DNA of 64,000 nucleotides from Pseudothermotoga sp. GTDB taxonomy: Bacteria > Thermotogota > Thermotogae > Thermotogales > DSM-5069. The notes below the pieces were generated by a model. It was not told the origin of the DNA and made no database searches. It worked only from the letters and a program-made list of their open reading frames with translations. Below are positions 39,042 to 48,938 of this stretch, piece by piece; position 1 is the first letter of the stretch; every line of letters starts with the position of its first letter. A program made the position numbers and the translations under genes. The stretch lies in assembly GCA_031962025.1 (NCBI GenBank), contig JAVRKW010000003.1; one strand, 5' to 3'.

Positions 39042-39801
39042 CCGCCTCCTGTGGGTATTCAAAACAGAATTTTCCAAGCTTTCCCTGAGCAATTGAATTG
39101 AACAAATTCACCATAGCTCTTTTTTTATCCGGCTGTCCTCCTTTGATGATCATCTTTTTTTCCAGTGCGTATTCACCAAGATAGCTCTCCAGATCTGTAT
39201 TTTGTATATTTGCAGCCACGGAATATATTTCAAAGGCTCTCTGCAGAACCTTTGGCGGTACCATATCTACAGATAGACTTCCAACCAGTAAAAGCTTGGC
39301 AGCCAGATCTGTGCTCCACAGATCCGGTAAGAGCAAACCCGGTGTGTCGAGTACCCTGAATTTGTCCTTAACAGAAAACCACTGTAAACCTTTTGTTATG
39401 CCTGGAACTGCTCCAACCTGAGCAGATCGACTTCCTTTCAATTTGTTTATAAAAGTCGATTTACCGACATTCGGCACTCCCACAATTATGACAAAGCCGT
39501 TTTTTTGAACATGTGCTGTTATAAATTCGACGACAGCATCTCTTGAGCAACCTTTGTTGAAAATAAAGACATGTTCATTTGATTCCTCGAAAAACTCTTT
39601 CCACTGGATCACTCCTCTTTCTAAAGCCAGATCGGATTTTGTCAGGACTATCACGTTCTTCTTTGCTCTTATTGGATTTCGGCTGTAAGAACGAGTTGCA
39701 GCTGGAGCTCTTGCATCCAGCAGTTCTACAACCAGATCAACATCTTTCTTTATACGTTCAATGATTCTTGAAGCTTTCGCCATGTGTCCGGGGTACCACA
39801 C
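39007..39801 (-). CDS. rbgA: ribosome biogenesis GTPase RbgA/YlqF
   Basis: WYPGHMAKA, DARAP, TKSD, GVPNVGKSTFIN and DTPG (circularly permuted GTPase); AGGAGG SD before GTG 39801. Confidence 0.93.
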   Translation of the reverse strand: MWYPGHMAKASRIIERIKKDVDLVVELLDARAPAATRSYSRNPIRAKKNVIVLTKSDLALERGVIQWKEFFEESNEHVFIFNKGCSRDAVVEFITAHVQKNGFVIIVGVPNVGKSTFINKLKGSRSAQVGAVPGITKGLQWFSVKDKFRVLDTPGLLLPDLWSTDLAAKLLLVGSLSVDMVPPKVLQRAFEIYSVAANIQNTDLESYLGEYALEKKMIIKGGQPDKKRAMVNLFNSIAQGKLGKFCFEYPQEADEDQGDRLSTT

Positions 39802-39881
39802 AAAAAAACCTCCTTTAAGATTGTATACCAATGTGCGTTTTTCTATACTCAGATGATAAAATTAAAACGGAGGGGTCTTGT

Positions 39882-40988
39882 TTGAGAATTCTCGGTTTGA
39901 TTCTCGCCGGAGGGCAGAGTGAAGCACTCGGTCCACTTGTTTCAAAACGGGCAAGTGCAGCCTTACCTGTTTTTGGTAAATACCGTGCCATTGATTTTAC
40001 ACTGAGCAATATGGTCAATGCGGGAATCAGAAAGGTAGGAGTTTTGACTCAGTACAATCCAAGAAGTCTTATGGATCACCTCGGTTCTGGTAAAGAATGG
40101 GATCTGGACAGGAAAAACGGGGGATTGTTCCTGCTGCAACCTTATGTCAGTCAAGAGGGATATTACTGGTACAAAGGGACTGCCGATGCCATCTTTCAGA
40201 ATATGACACTGCTCAGAAGAGGCGAAGAAGATTATGTTTTGATTGGCTCCGGTGATCACATATACAAAATAGATTTTTCAAAGGTCTTTGAATTTCATAT
40301 CTCAACCGGTGCAGATATAACCTTACTGGTCAAAGAGCTCGATGAGACTTACAACTTATCGCAGTATGGAATAGTTGAAATGTCTTCAAACAGAATTGTG
40401 AATATCGAGGAAAAACCCAGCAACCCCAGGACAAACATTGGTTTTCTTGGAATCTATTTCATGAACAAATACCTTCTGATGGAGCTTCTTTACAACTATG
40501 CGACCAGAGGTGAAACAGACCTTCTGAGTATTGTCATATCTCAACTGGACAGGCTGAAAGTCTATGGGTATCTCTTCAATGGTTACTGGAGAAATGTGAA
40601 AAAAGGAATAGCCGAATATTTCCGCATAAACATGGATGGTTTGAAAAAGGAAGTGCGTGAGGAACTGTTCTACAGACATGGCAAGATTTACACAAAACTG
40701 AAAGACCTGCCACCACCGAAAATCGGTGGAGCAGCAGTTGTGAAAAATTCCATAGTTTCAGATGGATGCATTGTCAATGGAAATGTGGAAAATTCCATAT
40801 TGTTCAGGGGCGTGTATGTGAAAGCCGGTGCCATAGTGGAAAATTCCATCATTATGCAGGATACCGTTATTGAGGAAGGAGCCATTGTAAAAAACGCAAT
40901 TCTGGACAAAGAAGTTCTCATAAGGCAGGAAGCACGGCTTGTTGGCAAGGATTCCATAGCTGTTCTGGAGAAAAGGGCAGTCCTATGA
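39882..40988 (+). CDS. glgD: glucose-1-phosphate adenylyltransferase subunit GlgD
   Basis: LPVFGKYRAIDFTLSNMVNAGI and RSLMDHLGSGKEWDLDRK; degenerate GxGxRL motif; TTG 39882 after GGAGG. Confidence 0.88.
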   Translation: MRILGLILAGGQSEALGPLVSKRASAALPVFGKYRAIDFTLSNMVNAGIRKVGVLTQYNPRSLMDHLGSGKEWDLDRKNGGLFLLQPYVSQEGYYWYKGTADAIFQNMTLLRRGEEDYVLIGSGDHIYKIDFSKVFEFHISTGADITLLVKELDETYNLSQYGIVEMSSNRIVNIEEKPSNPRTNIGFLGIYFMNKYLLMELLYNYATRGETDLLSIVISQLDRLKVYGYLFNGYWRNVKKGIAEYFRINMDGLKKEVREELFYRHGKIYTKLKDLPPPKIGGAAVVKNSIVSDGCIVNGNVENSILFRGVYVKAGAIVENSIIMQDTVIEEGAIVKNAILDKEVLIRQEARLVGKDSIAVLEKRAVL

Positions 40989-40998
40989 GGTGGTTTGA

Positions 40999-42261
40999 AT
41001 GAGAAATGTACTTGCGCTCATTCTGGCTGGAGGTCACGGAAAAAGGCTTGGAGTTCTCACCGAGAAGATTGCAAAGCCAGCGGTGCCATTTGGTGGTAAG
41101 TACAGATTGATCGATTTCACTTTGAGCAACTGTGTGAATTCCGGGATCTATCAGGTAGGCGTGCTCACACAGTATCGTCCACACCTTTTGAACAATCACA
41201 TCAACATCGGTAGACCATGGGATCTGGACAGGAAAAAAGGCGGAGTAACGATATTGCCACCGTATTTAGGTGGTGTAGCGGGCTGGTATAAGGGCACGGC
41301 AAATGCCGTTTATCAAAACATTGAGTATGTAGATTCATTCAACCCAGATTTTGTGATAATTCTTTCTGGTGACCACGTTTACGCGATGGATTACAATGAC
41401 ATCATTGATTTTCATATATTGAAAGGTGCACAAGGCACGATAGCCTGTATGGAAGTTCCAATAGAAGAAGCCAGTAGATTTGGCATCATGATAACAAATC
41501 TGGAGCACAAAATAATCGATTTTGAAGAAAAACCAGCTCAACCGCGGTCAAATCTCGCATCACTTGGGATATACGTTTTTAACTGGAATTTTCTCAAAGA
41601 ATATCTGATCGAAGATGAAAAAGATCAGTCGAGCACACACGATTTTGGTCATGATGTAATACCAAAGATGATTCAGGATGGCAGGCAGATATACGCTTAC
41701 AGATTCAGCGGTTACTGGAGAGATGTTGGAACGATTAAATCATACTGGGAGAGCAATCTGGAGTTGACAAGACCTATTCCACCTCTCAATCTGTACGATC
41801 GTCACTGGCGTTTCTACACACAAACCGAAGAAATGCCACCTGCCTACTGTGCACCATCATCAAAAATTGTCAATTCAATTATCAGTGAGGGTTGCGAGAT
41901 CTACGGAACTGTTGAAAACAGTGTAATCTTTCAGGGAGTGTACATCGGTGAGAATACAGTCGTCAAGAACAGCGTCATAATGACAGGAACTTGTGTGGAA
42001 AAAGAATGTTTGATCCTGGATGCCATTTTGGCAGAACGTGTAATTGTACAGGATCATGTCGTAATAGGTCAGGGCGATCCCGCACCCAGTCGACTGGATA
42101 AAGAGATCTACAGCGATCATATAACTGTAATAGGTATGTATTCACAGATACCAGCCGGTGTTGTCATAGGGAAAAACTGTGTGGTTGGAATTGGTGTGAC
42201 GCATCAGGACTTTGAATCGTCCCTGATAGAATCAGGTGGATATGTAATCCACAAGGGGTGA
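40999..42261 (+). CDS. glgC: glucose-1-phosphate adenylyltransferase
   Basis: [47 protein letters not shown] and YWRDVGT. Confidence 0.96.
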   Translation: MRNVLALILAGGHGKRLGVLTEKIAKPAVPFGGKYRLIDFTLSNCVNSGIYQVGVLTQYRPHLLNNHINIGRPWDLDRKKGGVTILPPYLGGVAGWYKGTANAVYQNIEYVDSFNPDFVIILSGDHVYAMDYNDIIDFHILKGAQGTIACMEVPIEEASRFGIMITNLEHKIIDFEEKPAQPRSNLASLGIYVFNWNFLKEYLIEDEKDQSSTHDFGHDVIPKMIQDGRQIYAYRFSGYWRDVGTIKSYWESNLELTRPIPPLNLYDRHWRFYTQTEEMPPAYCAPSSKIVNSIISEGCEIYGTVENSVIFQGVYIGENTVVKNSVIMTGTCVEKECLILDAILAERVIVQDHVVIGQGDPAPSRLDKEIYSDHITVIGMYSQIPAGVVIGKNCVVGIGVTHQDFESSLIESGGYVIHKG

Positions 42262-42267
42262 ACTGTT

Positions 42268-43311
42268 TTGGATTTTTACTTTGTAAAGTATCGCCTGAAG
42301 AGTCGTGTCACGGCGGAAGAAGGTATTGGGTTTTTCTTTGGGAAAGCCAATGAACAGCCTGAATACGATCTAATAGTTCTTCCAAGCAGGTATTCAAGTT
42401 ATCTGAATCTGGATCTTTCTCTTGAATATGCAAAATTCACTAAAGCCTTTGGTGAGATGAAGAATAAAATCTTCGCTCAAATTCCAGAGAGTGCTGACCT
42501 GTCACGTGAGTTTCTCAATTACCTTTCAAGCTACATCTCAAGAAAAGGCGCTCAGATCTTCGGCGCTGAAATCACCGCGGCAGTCCGGGACAACGACGCA
42601 GATCTTGTTTTGTATATCATCTCTGAGATATTCAAAGAATGGGCACCAAAGATCGATGTTACCGTTGATTTCAAACAGGTGAGTTATGAAGAAATTTCCG
42701 CAGAGAATTTCATGCAACTGTGGGAGCAATTTGACGATGATGGACTGGTTGAAGTTCTCAAAAGACCTGATATATCAGATCTTCCGGAAATTTTTCCCCT
42801 TGTAGATCCGATAAAGGGAAGAACTCTTGTCGATTTTGAACTGGGCGATCCGCTGTTTTTTGTTGTTCTCAACGTGAGAAACCCGGATAATTTAGAGAAA
42901 CTGAAAAATCTCTATCCAAAACATTTTTCAGATAAAGGTAACATCATACCGCTGTCTGGAATTCTTATGGGCAAGGAATTGTTGAGAGGCAAAAAACAGG
43001 AATACTTTTTGATAAAGGTTGATATGGGTGAGGGAATAATAGCCAGAGGTATTGTTCCAAAATCTGTGAAGATCATGTCAGAGATGAACAGATTTCAGGA
43101 AAAGGTCAATTCTATGCAACAGCAGAAGTGGGAAGAGAAGATATCTGAGATGGTTCAGGCTGGTGAGCCGGTGAAAACTGCAAAAGCAGAATCGCGCCCG
43201 GCAAAGGCTTCGTATGAATCAAGCGGCTCTGATTTTCTCCTTGCTTTTTTGATGACCCTGATGGTCCTTGGTATAATACTCATAGCATCGTACTTTTTTA
43301 CGCAATTTTGA
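42268..43311 (+). CDS. hypothetical protein with C-terminal transmembrane anchor
   Basis: 347-aa ORF in operon with glgC; C-terminal FLLAFLMTLMVLGIILIASYFF. Confidence 0.75.
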   Translation: MDFYFVKYRLKSRVTAEEGIGFFFGKANEQPEYDLIVLPSRYSSYLNLDLSLEYAKFTKAFGEMKNKIFAQIPESADLSREFLNYLSSYISRKGAQIFGAEITAAVRDNDADLVLYIISEIFKEWAPKIDVTVDFKQVSYEEISAENFMQLWEQFDDDGLVEVLKRPDISDLPEIFPLVDPIKGRTLVDFELGDPLFFVVLNVRNPDNLEKLKNLYPKHFSDKGNIIPLSGILMGKELLRGKKQEYFLIKVDMGEGIIARGIVPKSVKIMSEMNRFQEKVNSMQQQKWEEKISEMVQAGEPVKTAKAESRPAKASYESSGSDFLLAFLMTLMVLGIILIASYFFTQF

Positions 43312-43326
43312 TCGAGGTATATTTAT

Positions 43327-43611
43327 ATGAAAGGATTTCTGATTTTGGATATGATCGTCGGGCTTTTGCTGATAAATCTAATAGCATTGATAGCTTTTTC
43401 GATGGTTTCACAACAAAAAACCATCATGAGAAAAGCGTACGAAGTGGATTTATCAAAGCGCACGGTGATCAACATTTTAGCCAGAAAAACTGTTGATGCC
43501 CAAATTCCAGAACGGTTAAACGGTTTTGATATAAAATCTTTGGGTGGTAATATTGATTTAGAATCTGACCAGAAGATATATGTCTATCGAATCGGAGATG
43601 ATAAGAATTGA
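43327..43611 (+). CDS. type IV prepilin / pseudopilin-like protein
   Basis: MKG|FLILDMIVGLLLINLIALIAF class III signal-like N-terminus; GAGG SD. Confidence 0.6.
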   Translation: MKGFLILDMIVGLLLINLIALIAFSMVSQQKTIMRKAYEVDLSKRTVINILARKTVDAQIPERLNGFDIKSLGGNIDLESDQKIYVYRIGDDKN

Positions 43612-44513
43612 TACTCAGAGCATCGGTTGGAACATTGTACAAGCTTGGGTTGCGCAAGGGAAAAGCACCAGAACTGAAAACAGCTTATTTGATGCTCGAT
43701 GGGAAATGCCAGTTCAACTGTCTGTACTGCACACATGCCCTGATGTCCAGAACCGATCATAGATTTTTGAGCCGCGTAGTTTGGGAAGAAATTCACATTA
43801 ATCAAATCATAGAATCCATAAAGACCAGCGATCTAAGCAGAGTCTGTGTTCAGACTGTTTCATACAAAGGTTATCGTCAGGATTTGAAAAGTCTTTTGAC
43901 TGAACTTAGAAAGACCGAAAAATCTATTTCCATCTCTGTACGCGCAGAGAATATTGATGAAGTCAGGGAATACTTTGATCTTGGTGCAGATAGAATTGGT
44001 ATTGCCCTGGATGTTGCGAGCGAAAGACTTTTCGCAACGATCAGAGGTGGGAGTTTTAAAAAGACGATGAAACTGCTTGAAGATTGCTCGCATTTCTTTG
44101 CCGGAAAGATTTCAACTCACATAATCGTTGGATTGGGTGAGACTGACAGGGAAGTTGTCGAACTCATGAAAAAAATGCACGAACTTGGTATTCAGACAGC
44201 TTTGTTTGCTTTCACGCCGATGAAGGGAACGATCCTTTCCTCTGCTGAAAGACCCCCGATTGAGAGATATAGAAGGATTCAATTGGCACGTTATTTGATA
44301 TTCACTGACAGGGCAGATCTCATCATTTTAAAAGCGAATCAAATAATCGGTTTTAAGCAAATTCCGCCTGATGCCAACAATGCTTTACTGACAAGTGGAT
44401 GTCCTGACTGTTCAAGACCGTATTACAACGAAAGACCCAGTGAAGAACTCTATAACATACATTCGAAGGAGTTTCTCAAAAATGTCGATCTGTTGCGGGA
44501 GGTGAAATGGTGA
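43608..44513 (+). CDS. radical SAM protein, BioB-like / LipS2-like
   Basis: CQFNCLYC (CxxxCxxC), HIIVGLGET, LFAFTP and C-terminal TSGCPDCSRP. Confidence 0.8.
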   Translation: MILRASVGTLYKLGLRKGKAPELKTAYLMLDGKCQFNCLYCTHALMSRTDHRFLSRVVWEEIHINQIIESIKTSDLSRVCVQTVSYKGYRQDLKSLLTELRKTEKSISISVRAENIDEVREYFDLGADRIGIALDVASERLFATIRGGSFKKTMKLLEDCSHFFAGKISTHIIVGLGETDREVVELMKKMHELGIQTALFAFTPMKGTILSSAERPPIERYRRIQLARYLIFTDRADLIILKANQIIGFKQIPPDANNALLTSGCPDCSRPYYNERPSEELYNIHSKEFLKNVDLLREVKW

Positions 44514-45823
44514 GGTTGCTGAGCTTTAAAGGAGGTATCCACCCACCTGAAAAAAAAGAACTGGCTAAGGAGTCAAAATTAGTCTATCTTGAACCGTCGG
44601 AAGTAGTCTATGTCTTTCTTTCCAACCACGCTGGAGCACCTGCAAAATGCGTTGTGAAAGAAAATGACCAGGTTAGAACAGGACAGGTGATCGGAGAGCC
44701 CGCTGGCTTCATATCAGCCTATGTCCACTCTCCGGTGACTGGTATCGTAAAAAAGATAGACAAGATTTATCATCCTTTACAGGGTAGACCAATGGATGCG
44801 GTAGTCATACAAAAAACCTCCGATGATGAATGGCAGTATCTGGAACATCCAGATTGGGTGAATCTTGGTAAAGAACAGCTTCTTGAAATAATCAAAAAAG
44901 CCGGGATAGTTGGTCTTGGTGGAGCAATGTTTCCAACTCATGTTAAGCTCTCACCACCCCCTGACAAAAAAATAGATACCTTCATAGTGAATGCCGCTGA
45001 ATGTGAGCCATATTTAGCGATCGATTACAGATTGATGCTCGAGAAAGCTCAGGATTTGATTCTTGGCATAAAGATAGTCATGAAGATACTTGAAGTTCAA
45101 AAGGCATACATCGGTATTGAATCGAATAAAGTGGACGCGTATGAAAAGTTGAAAGATGCCCTGAGTTCAGATCAAATCGAACTGAAACTCTTAAAGACCA
45201 AGTATCCTCAGGGAGCAGAGAAACAGCTCATATACGCTATAACTGGTAGAAAAGTGCCTGTTGGTGGTCTTCCAATGGATGTCGGTGTTGTGGTACAGAA
45301 TGTGCAGACTGTTATTGCAATAAAGGAAGCCGTCGTGGACAAAAAGCCACTTATTCAAAGAGGGTTGACAATAAGTGGAGAAGGCGTGAACAAACCTGTT
45401 AACGTTGTGACAAGGATAGGCACCACTGTGGAGGAACTTTTGAAGTACGCGGGAGGAATCAAAGAAGAAGCTGAAAGAGTAATTCTCGGTGGTCCGATGA
45501 CCGGTGTAGCCATAAACAGGCTGGATATACCGATCATGAAAGGCACAAGTGGCATCACTGTGCTTTTGAAAGAAAAAGAGTATGTTCAAAAAACATGTAT
45601 AAGATGTACAAAGTGTGTTTCTGCATGTCCTATGGGATTACAACCGTATCTACTGTATTTACTCAGCAACAAAAAAAGATACGATGATGCTGTTCAGGAA
45701 GGTCTTATGGCTTGTATTGAATGTGGCTCATGCGCCTATGTGTGTCCTTCAAAAATAGACCATGTACGGGCTATAAAACTTGCCAAGAAGGTCTATCAGG
45801 CTCTGAGGGGTGGTAAGAAATGA
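44507..45823 (+). CDS. rnfC: Rnf electron transport complex subunit C
   Basis: FKGGIHP, AGIVGLGGAMFPTHVK, NAAECEPYL, KYPQGAEKQLI, GGPMTG, CIRCTKCVSACP and CIECGSCAYVCP. Confidence 0.96.
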   Translation: MVRLLSFKGGIHPPEKKELAKESKLVYLEPSEVVYVFLSNHAGAPAKCVVKENDQVRTGQVIGEPAGFISAYVHSPVTGIVKKIDKIYHPLQGRPMDAVVIQKTSDDEWQYLEHPDWVNLGKEQLLEIIKKAGIVGLGGAMFPTHVKLSPPPDKKIDTFIVNAAECEPYLAIDYRLMLEKAQDLILGIKIVMKILEVQKAYIGIESNKVDAYEKLKDALSSDQIELKLLKTKYPQGAEKQLIYAITGRKVPVGGLPMDVGVVVQNVQTVIAIKEAVVDKKPLIQRGLTISGEGVNKPVNVVTRIGTTVEELLKYAGGIKEEAERVILGGPMTGVAINRLDIPIMKGTSGITVLLKEKEYVQKTCIRCTKCVSACPMGLQPYLLYLLSNKKRYDDAVQEGLMACIECGSCAYVCPSKIDHVRAIKLAKKVYQALRGGKK

Positions 45824-46794
45824 AATTGATCACCAAAGATGCACCACACATAAGAAGCGAAGATAGTGTGAGAAGTATCATGATCGATGTTTTGATTGCT
45901 CTTGGTCCTGCTGTTGCTGGATCAGTTCTGTTTTTTGGATGGTATGCACTGTTTTTGTGCCTTTTTGGGGCATTCGCTGCTGAAATGATTGAGTGGTTCA
46001 TAGTCAAAGTTCTCAGAAAGCAGAAAGAATTCGTGCCGGATTTTAGTGCCGCAGTAACGGGACTTTTGCTTGCGATGAATCTTCCACCGACTGCTCCATG
46101 GTGGCTTTTGCTGATCGGTGTAGTGGTGGCAATAGGTATTGCAAAGCAAGCCTTTGGCGGTATCGGTCAAAATATATTCAACCCGGCACTTGTTGGAAGA
46201 GTTTTTCTTTTGATTTCGTTTCCAACGCTTATGACAAGATGGATTGATCCATTGATGTCTTTCTCAAAATCTCCATGGGATGTATTGACTTCAGCCACTC
46301 CGCTTGGTGTCTTAAAACAGCAGGGATTGTCGCATGCTATGAGCAGATTCAGTTATACAGACCTTTTCTTTGGCAACATAGGTGGATGTGTAGGTGAAAC
46401 CAGTGCACTCTTATTGATAATTGGATTTATTTATCTGTTGTACAGAAGAAGAGTTAACCCTGTAATACCTTTATCGTACATAGGAACTGTCTTTCTCTTT
46501 TCAGGTCTTTTCTATTTCATAAATGCCGACAGATTTGGCACACCTTTGTTCCATATTCTGAGTGGCGGACTTTTTCTCGGTGCCCTGTTCATGGCTACAG
46601 ATATGGTCACAAGTCCTATGACTTTGAAAGGTCAAGCTGTTTTTGGTCTGGGGTGCGGCATTGTCACAATGATAATAAGGTACTTCGCTGGCTATCCAGA
46701 AGGTGTTTCTCTGGCAATACTTTTGATGAATGCTCTGACTCCTTTGATAGACCGCGCCTTCAAACCAAAGATCTTTGGTGAGGTGAGATCATGA
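45820..46794 (+). CDS. rnfD: Rnf subunit D
   Basis: FGGIGQNIFNPALVGR, TSATPL (FMN Thr), FMATDMVTSP and GYPEGV. Confidence 0.95.
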   Translation: MKLITKDAPHIRSEDSVRSIMIDVLIALGPAVAGSVLFFGWYALFLCLFGAFAAEMIEWFIVKVLRKQKEFVPDFSAAVTGLLLAMNLPPTAPWWLLLIGVVVAIGIAKQAFGGIGQNIFNPALVGRVFLLISFPTLMTRWIDPLMSFSKSPWDVLTSATPLGVLKQQGLSHAMSRFSYTDLFFGNIGGCVGETSALLLIIGFIYLLYRRRVNPVIPLSYIGTVFLFSGLFYFINADRFGTPLFHILSGGLFLGALFMATDMVTSPMTLKGQAVFGLGCGIVTMIIRYFAGYPEGVSLAILLMNALTPLIDRAFKPKIFGEVRS

Positions 46795-47459
46795 GAGAAT
46801 ATATAAAAATGGGATTGATTCTACTTTTATACTGCGCTTTGGCTGGTTTTGCGCTCGGTCTGGTTTATACGGTCACAAAAGATCGTATCGCTTTGGCAGA
46901 GCTTGACAAGAAATTTCAAGCCATAGAAGCGGTATTGAAAGATGAAAGTGGGCAATATATTGTACCCCTACAGAAAATCAAAGCAGTTGTCTCTCAAACA
47001 AAAGGCGAAACAAAGGTGGTCTTTGAAGACGGCAAGGGAAAAGTATATTCACCTGTGTATCAATTTGAATCTGATGCTGGGACAGTTTATGTGTTGAGTG
47101 GTTCGGCTGTGGGATATGGAGGAGCAGTTTCTGTTGTAGCGAGTTTCATAAGAAAAGCCGATGGCTTTGAACTTTTCTCGATCCGCGTGACAGATTATTC
47201 GCAGGAAACACCTGGTCTTGGGGCAAAAATAGGTGAAGAGGAGATTCAGAAAAGATTCTATCCGATTGAACCATCTGCACTTGAAAATGGACTTCGCGTT
47301 GATAAAGATGCCAACATGTCAGACCTTTCAGCACAGGAAGCTAAAGCAAAGGGAGTGGTGAAGGTCAGCGATGTGATGACTGGTGCGACAATCACTCCAA
47401 GAGCAGTTGTAAATGCAATCAATTCCATGCTCTCTTATTTGAAATCGGGGGTGAAATGA
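46791..47459 (+). CDS. rnfG: Rnf subunit G
   Basis: GYGG, ETPGLG and DVMTGATIT (FMN Thr). Confidence 0.92.
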   Translation: MREYIKMGLILLLYCALAGFALGLVYTVTKDRIALAELDKKFQAIEAVLKDESGQYIVPLQKIKAVVSQTKGETKVVFEDGKGKVYSPVYQFESDAGTVYVLSGSAVGYGGAVSVVASFIRKADGFELFSIRVTDYSQETPGLGAKIGEEEIQKRFYPIEPSALENGLRVDKDANMSDLSAQEAKAKGVVKVSDVMTGATITPRAVVNAINSMLSYLKSGVK

Positions 47460-48067
47460 TGAGCCAACTGAAAGAACTCACGAAAGGTTTTTTCAAAGAA
47501 AACCCCACCTATGTTCAGGTTCTTGGAATGTGTCCGACTCTTGCGGTTACAACGAGTGCAATCAACGGACTTGGAATGGGACTTGCCGCAACAAGCGTGC
47601 TGGCTCTGTCAAATGTGGTGATTTCTTCGATAAGAAAAAGCGTACCCAAAAATCTCAGAATACCAATTTTCATAACTGTCATAGCAACCTTTGTCACCAT
47701 CCTTGATCTACTGATGCACGCTTTTATCTATGATCTGTGGAAAACGCTTGGGCTTTTCATACCGCTCATAGTGGTTAACTGCATAATCATGGGACGTGCC
47801 GAGGCATTTGCTTCAAAAAATGGTGTATTCGCTTCTTTTCTCGATGGAGTTGGTGTCGGTCTTGGATTTACAGGGTCCTTAGTTCTTTTGGGCAGTATCA
47901 GAGAGCTTCTTGGTAATGGAACCATCTTCGGGTTGAAGCTTTGGGGCAAAGCTTTCAACGTTTTTGCCATGATATTACCCCCCGGTGGTTATATGACCCT
48001 CGGTCTTCTGGCTGCGTTCTTTGCCTTTATAGGAATGAAACGCAAAAGTAGGGGTGAGCAGAAATGA
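47456..48067 (+). CDS. rnfE: Rnf subunit E
   Basis: ENPTYVQVLGMCPTLAVT and FIPLIVVNCIIMGRAEAFA. Confidence 0.95.
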   Translation: MMSQLKELTKGFFKENPTYVQVLGMCPTLAVTTSAINGLGMGLAATSVLALSNVVISSIRKSVPKNLRIPIFITVIATFVTILDLLMHAFIYDLWKTLGLFIPLIVVNCIIMGRAEAFASKNGVFASFLDGVGVGLGFTGSLVLLGSIRELLGNGTIFGLKLWGKAFNVFAMILPPGGYMTLGLLAAFFAFIGMKRKSRGEQK

Positions 48068-48639
48068 GAGTTTTTCTGATACTGTTTTCCGCACTTTTGG
48101 TCAATAACTACGTTTTTATACGATTTCTGGGGATATGTCCGTTCCTTGGTGTCTCCAAGAAAATGGACACGGCAGTTGGTATGGGATTTGCAGCTACATT
48201 CGTGCTCGTCATGTCGTCGGTGATCACATGGCTTGTGAATAAATTGCTCGTGGCAATGGGAGTTGCATTTTTGCAGATCGTGGTCTTTATACTTGTGATA
48301 GCAACCTTTGTGCAGTTTGTTGAGTTTTTTCTCAAAAAGAACAGCCCGGGGCTTTACGAAGCGCTTGGGATTTACCTGCCATTGATCACCACAAACTGTA
48401 TCATCCTTGGAGTTGCATTGCTAAACGCACAGGCAAATTACTCGCTACTACAAGCTGTTTCACATGCACTTGGTGCTGGACTTGGATTTTTACTTGCCCT
48501 GGTCATCTTTGCCGGGATCAGAGAGAGGCTCGAGCTGTATGACCTTCCCAAACCTTTTGAAGGATTACCGATAGCGCTGATACTCGCTTCCATAATCTCA
48601 ATGGCTTTCATGGGCTTTCAGGGTTTGATAAAAATGTGA
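48064..48639 (+). CDS. rnfA: Rnf subunit A
   Basis: FLGICPFLGVSKK and LGIYLPLITTNC. Confidence 0.95.
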   Translation: MRVFLILFSALLVNNYVFIRFLGICPFLGVSKKMDTAVGMGFAATFVLVMSSVITWLVNKLLVAMGVAFLQIVVFILVIATFVQFVEFFLKKNSPGLYEALGIYLPLITTNCIILGVALLNAQANYSLLQAVSHALGAGLGFLLALVIFAGIRERLELYDLPKPFEGLPIALILASIISMAFMGFQGLIKM

Positions 48640-48650
48640 GGTGATAGAGA

Positions 48651-48938
48651 ATGACTATTCTTTATTCGACTCTGTTGCTGACAGTACTTGGTTTTGCCTT
48701 TGGTACCTTTTTGGCATATTCTGCGAAAAAATTCGAGGTGAAAGAAGATCCCAGGGTCGAAATGATAAAGCAGGTTCTTTCTGGTGCCAATTGCGGTGCC
48801 TGTGGATATGCTGGCTGTGAAGCCTATGCAAAAGCTGTAGTTGCTGGCAAGGCATCATACGATATGTGCATACCCGGCAGACCATCCGGGGTTGCAGATA
48901 AAATAAAGGAGATCATGCAGAGAAATGAATCCAATTGA
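48651..48938 (+). CDS. rnfB: Rnf subunit B, short form
   Basis: N-terminal TM helix, VKEDPRV and GANCGACGYAGC..CIPG; only 95 aa. Confidence 0.85.
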   Translation: MTILYSTLLLTVLGFAFGTFLAYSAKKFEVKEDPRVEMIKQVLSGANCGACGYAGCEAYAKAVVAGKASYDMCIPGRPSGVADKIKEIMQRNESN

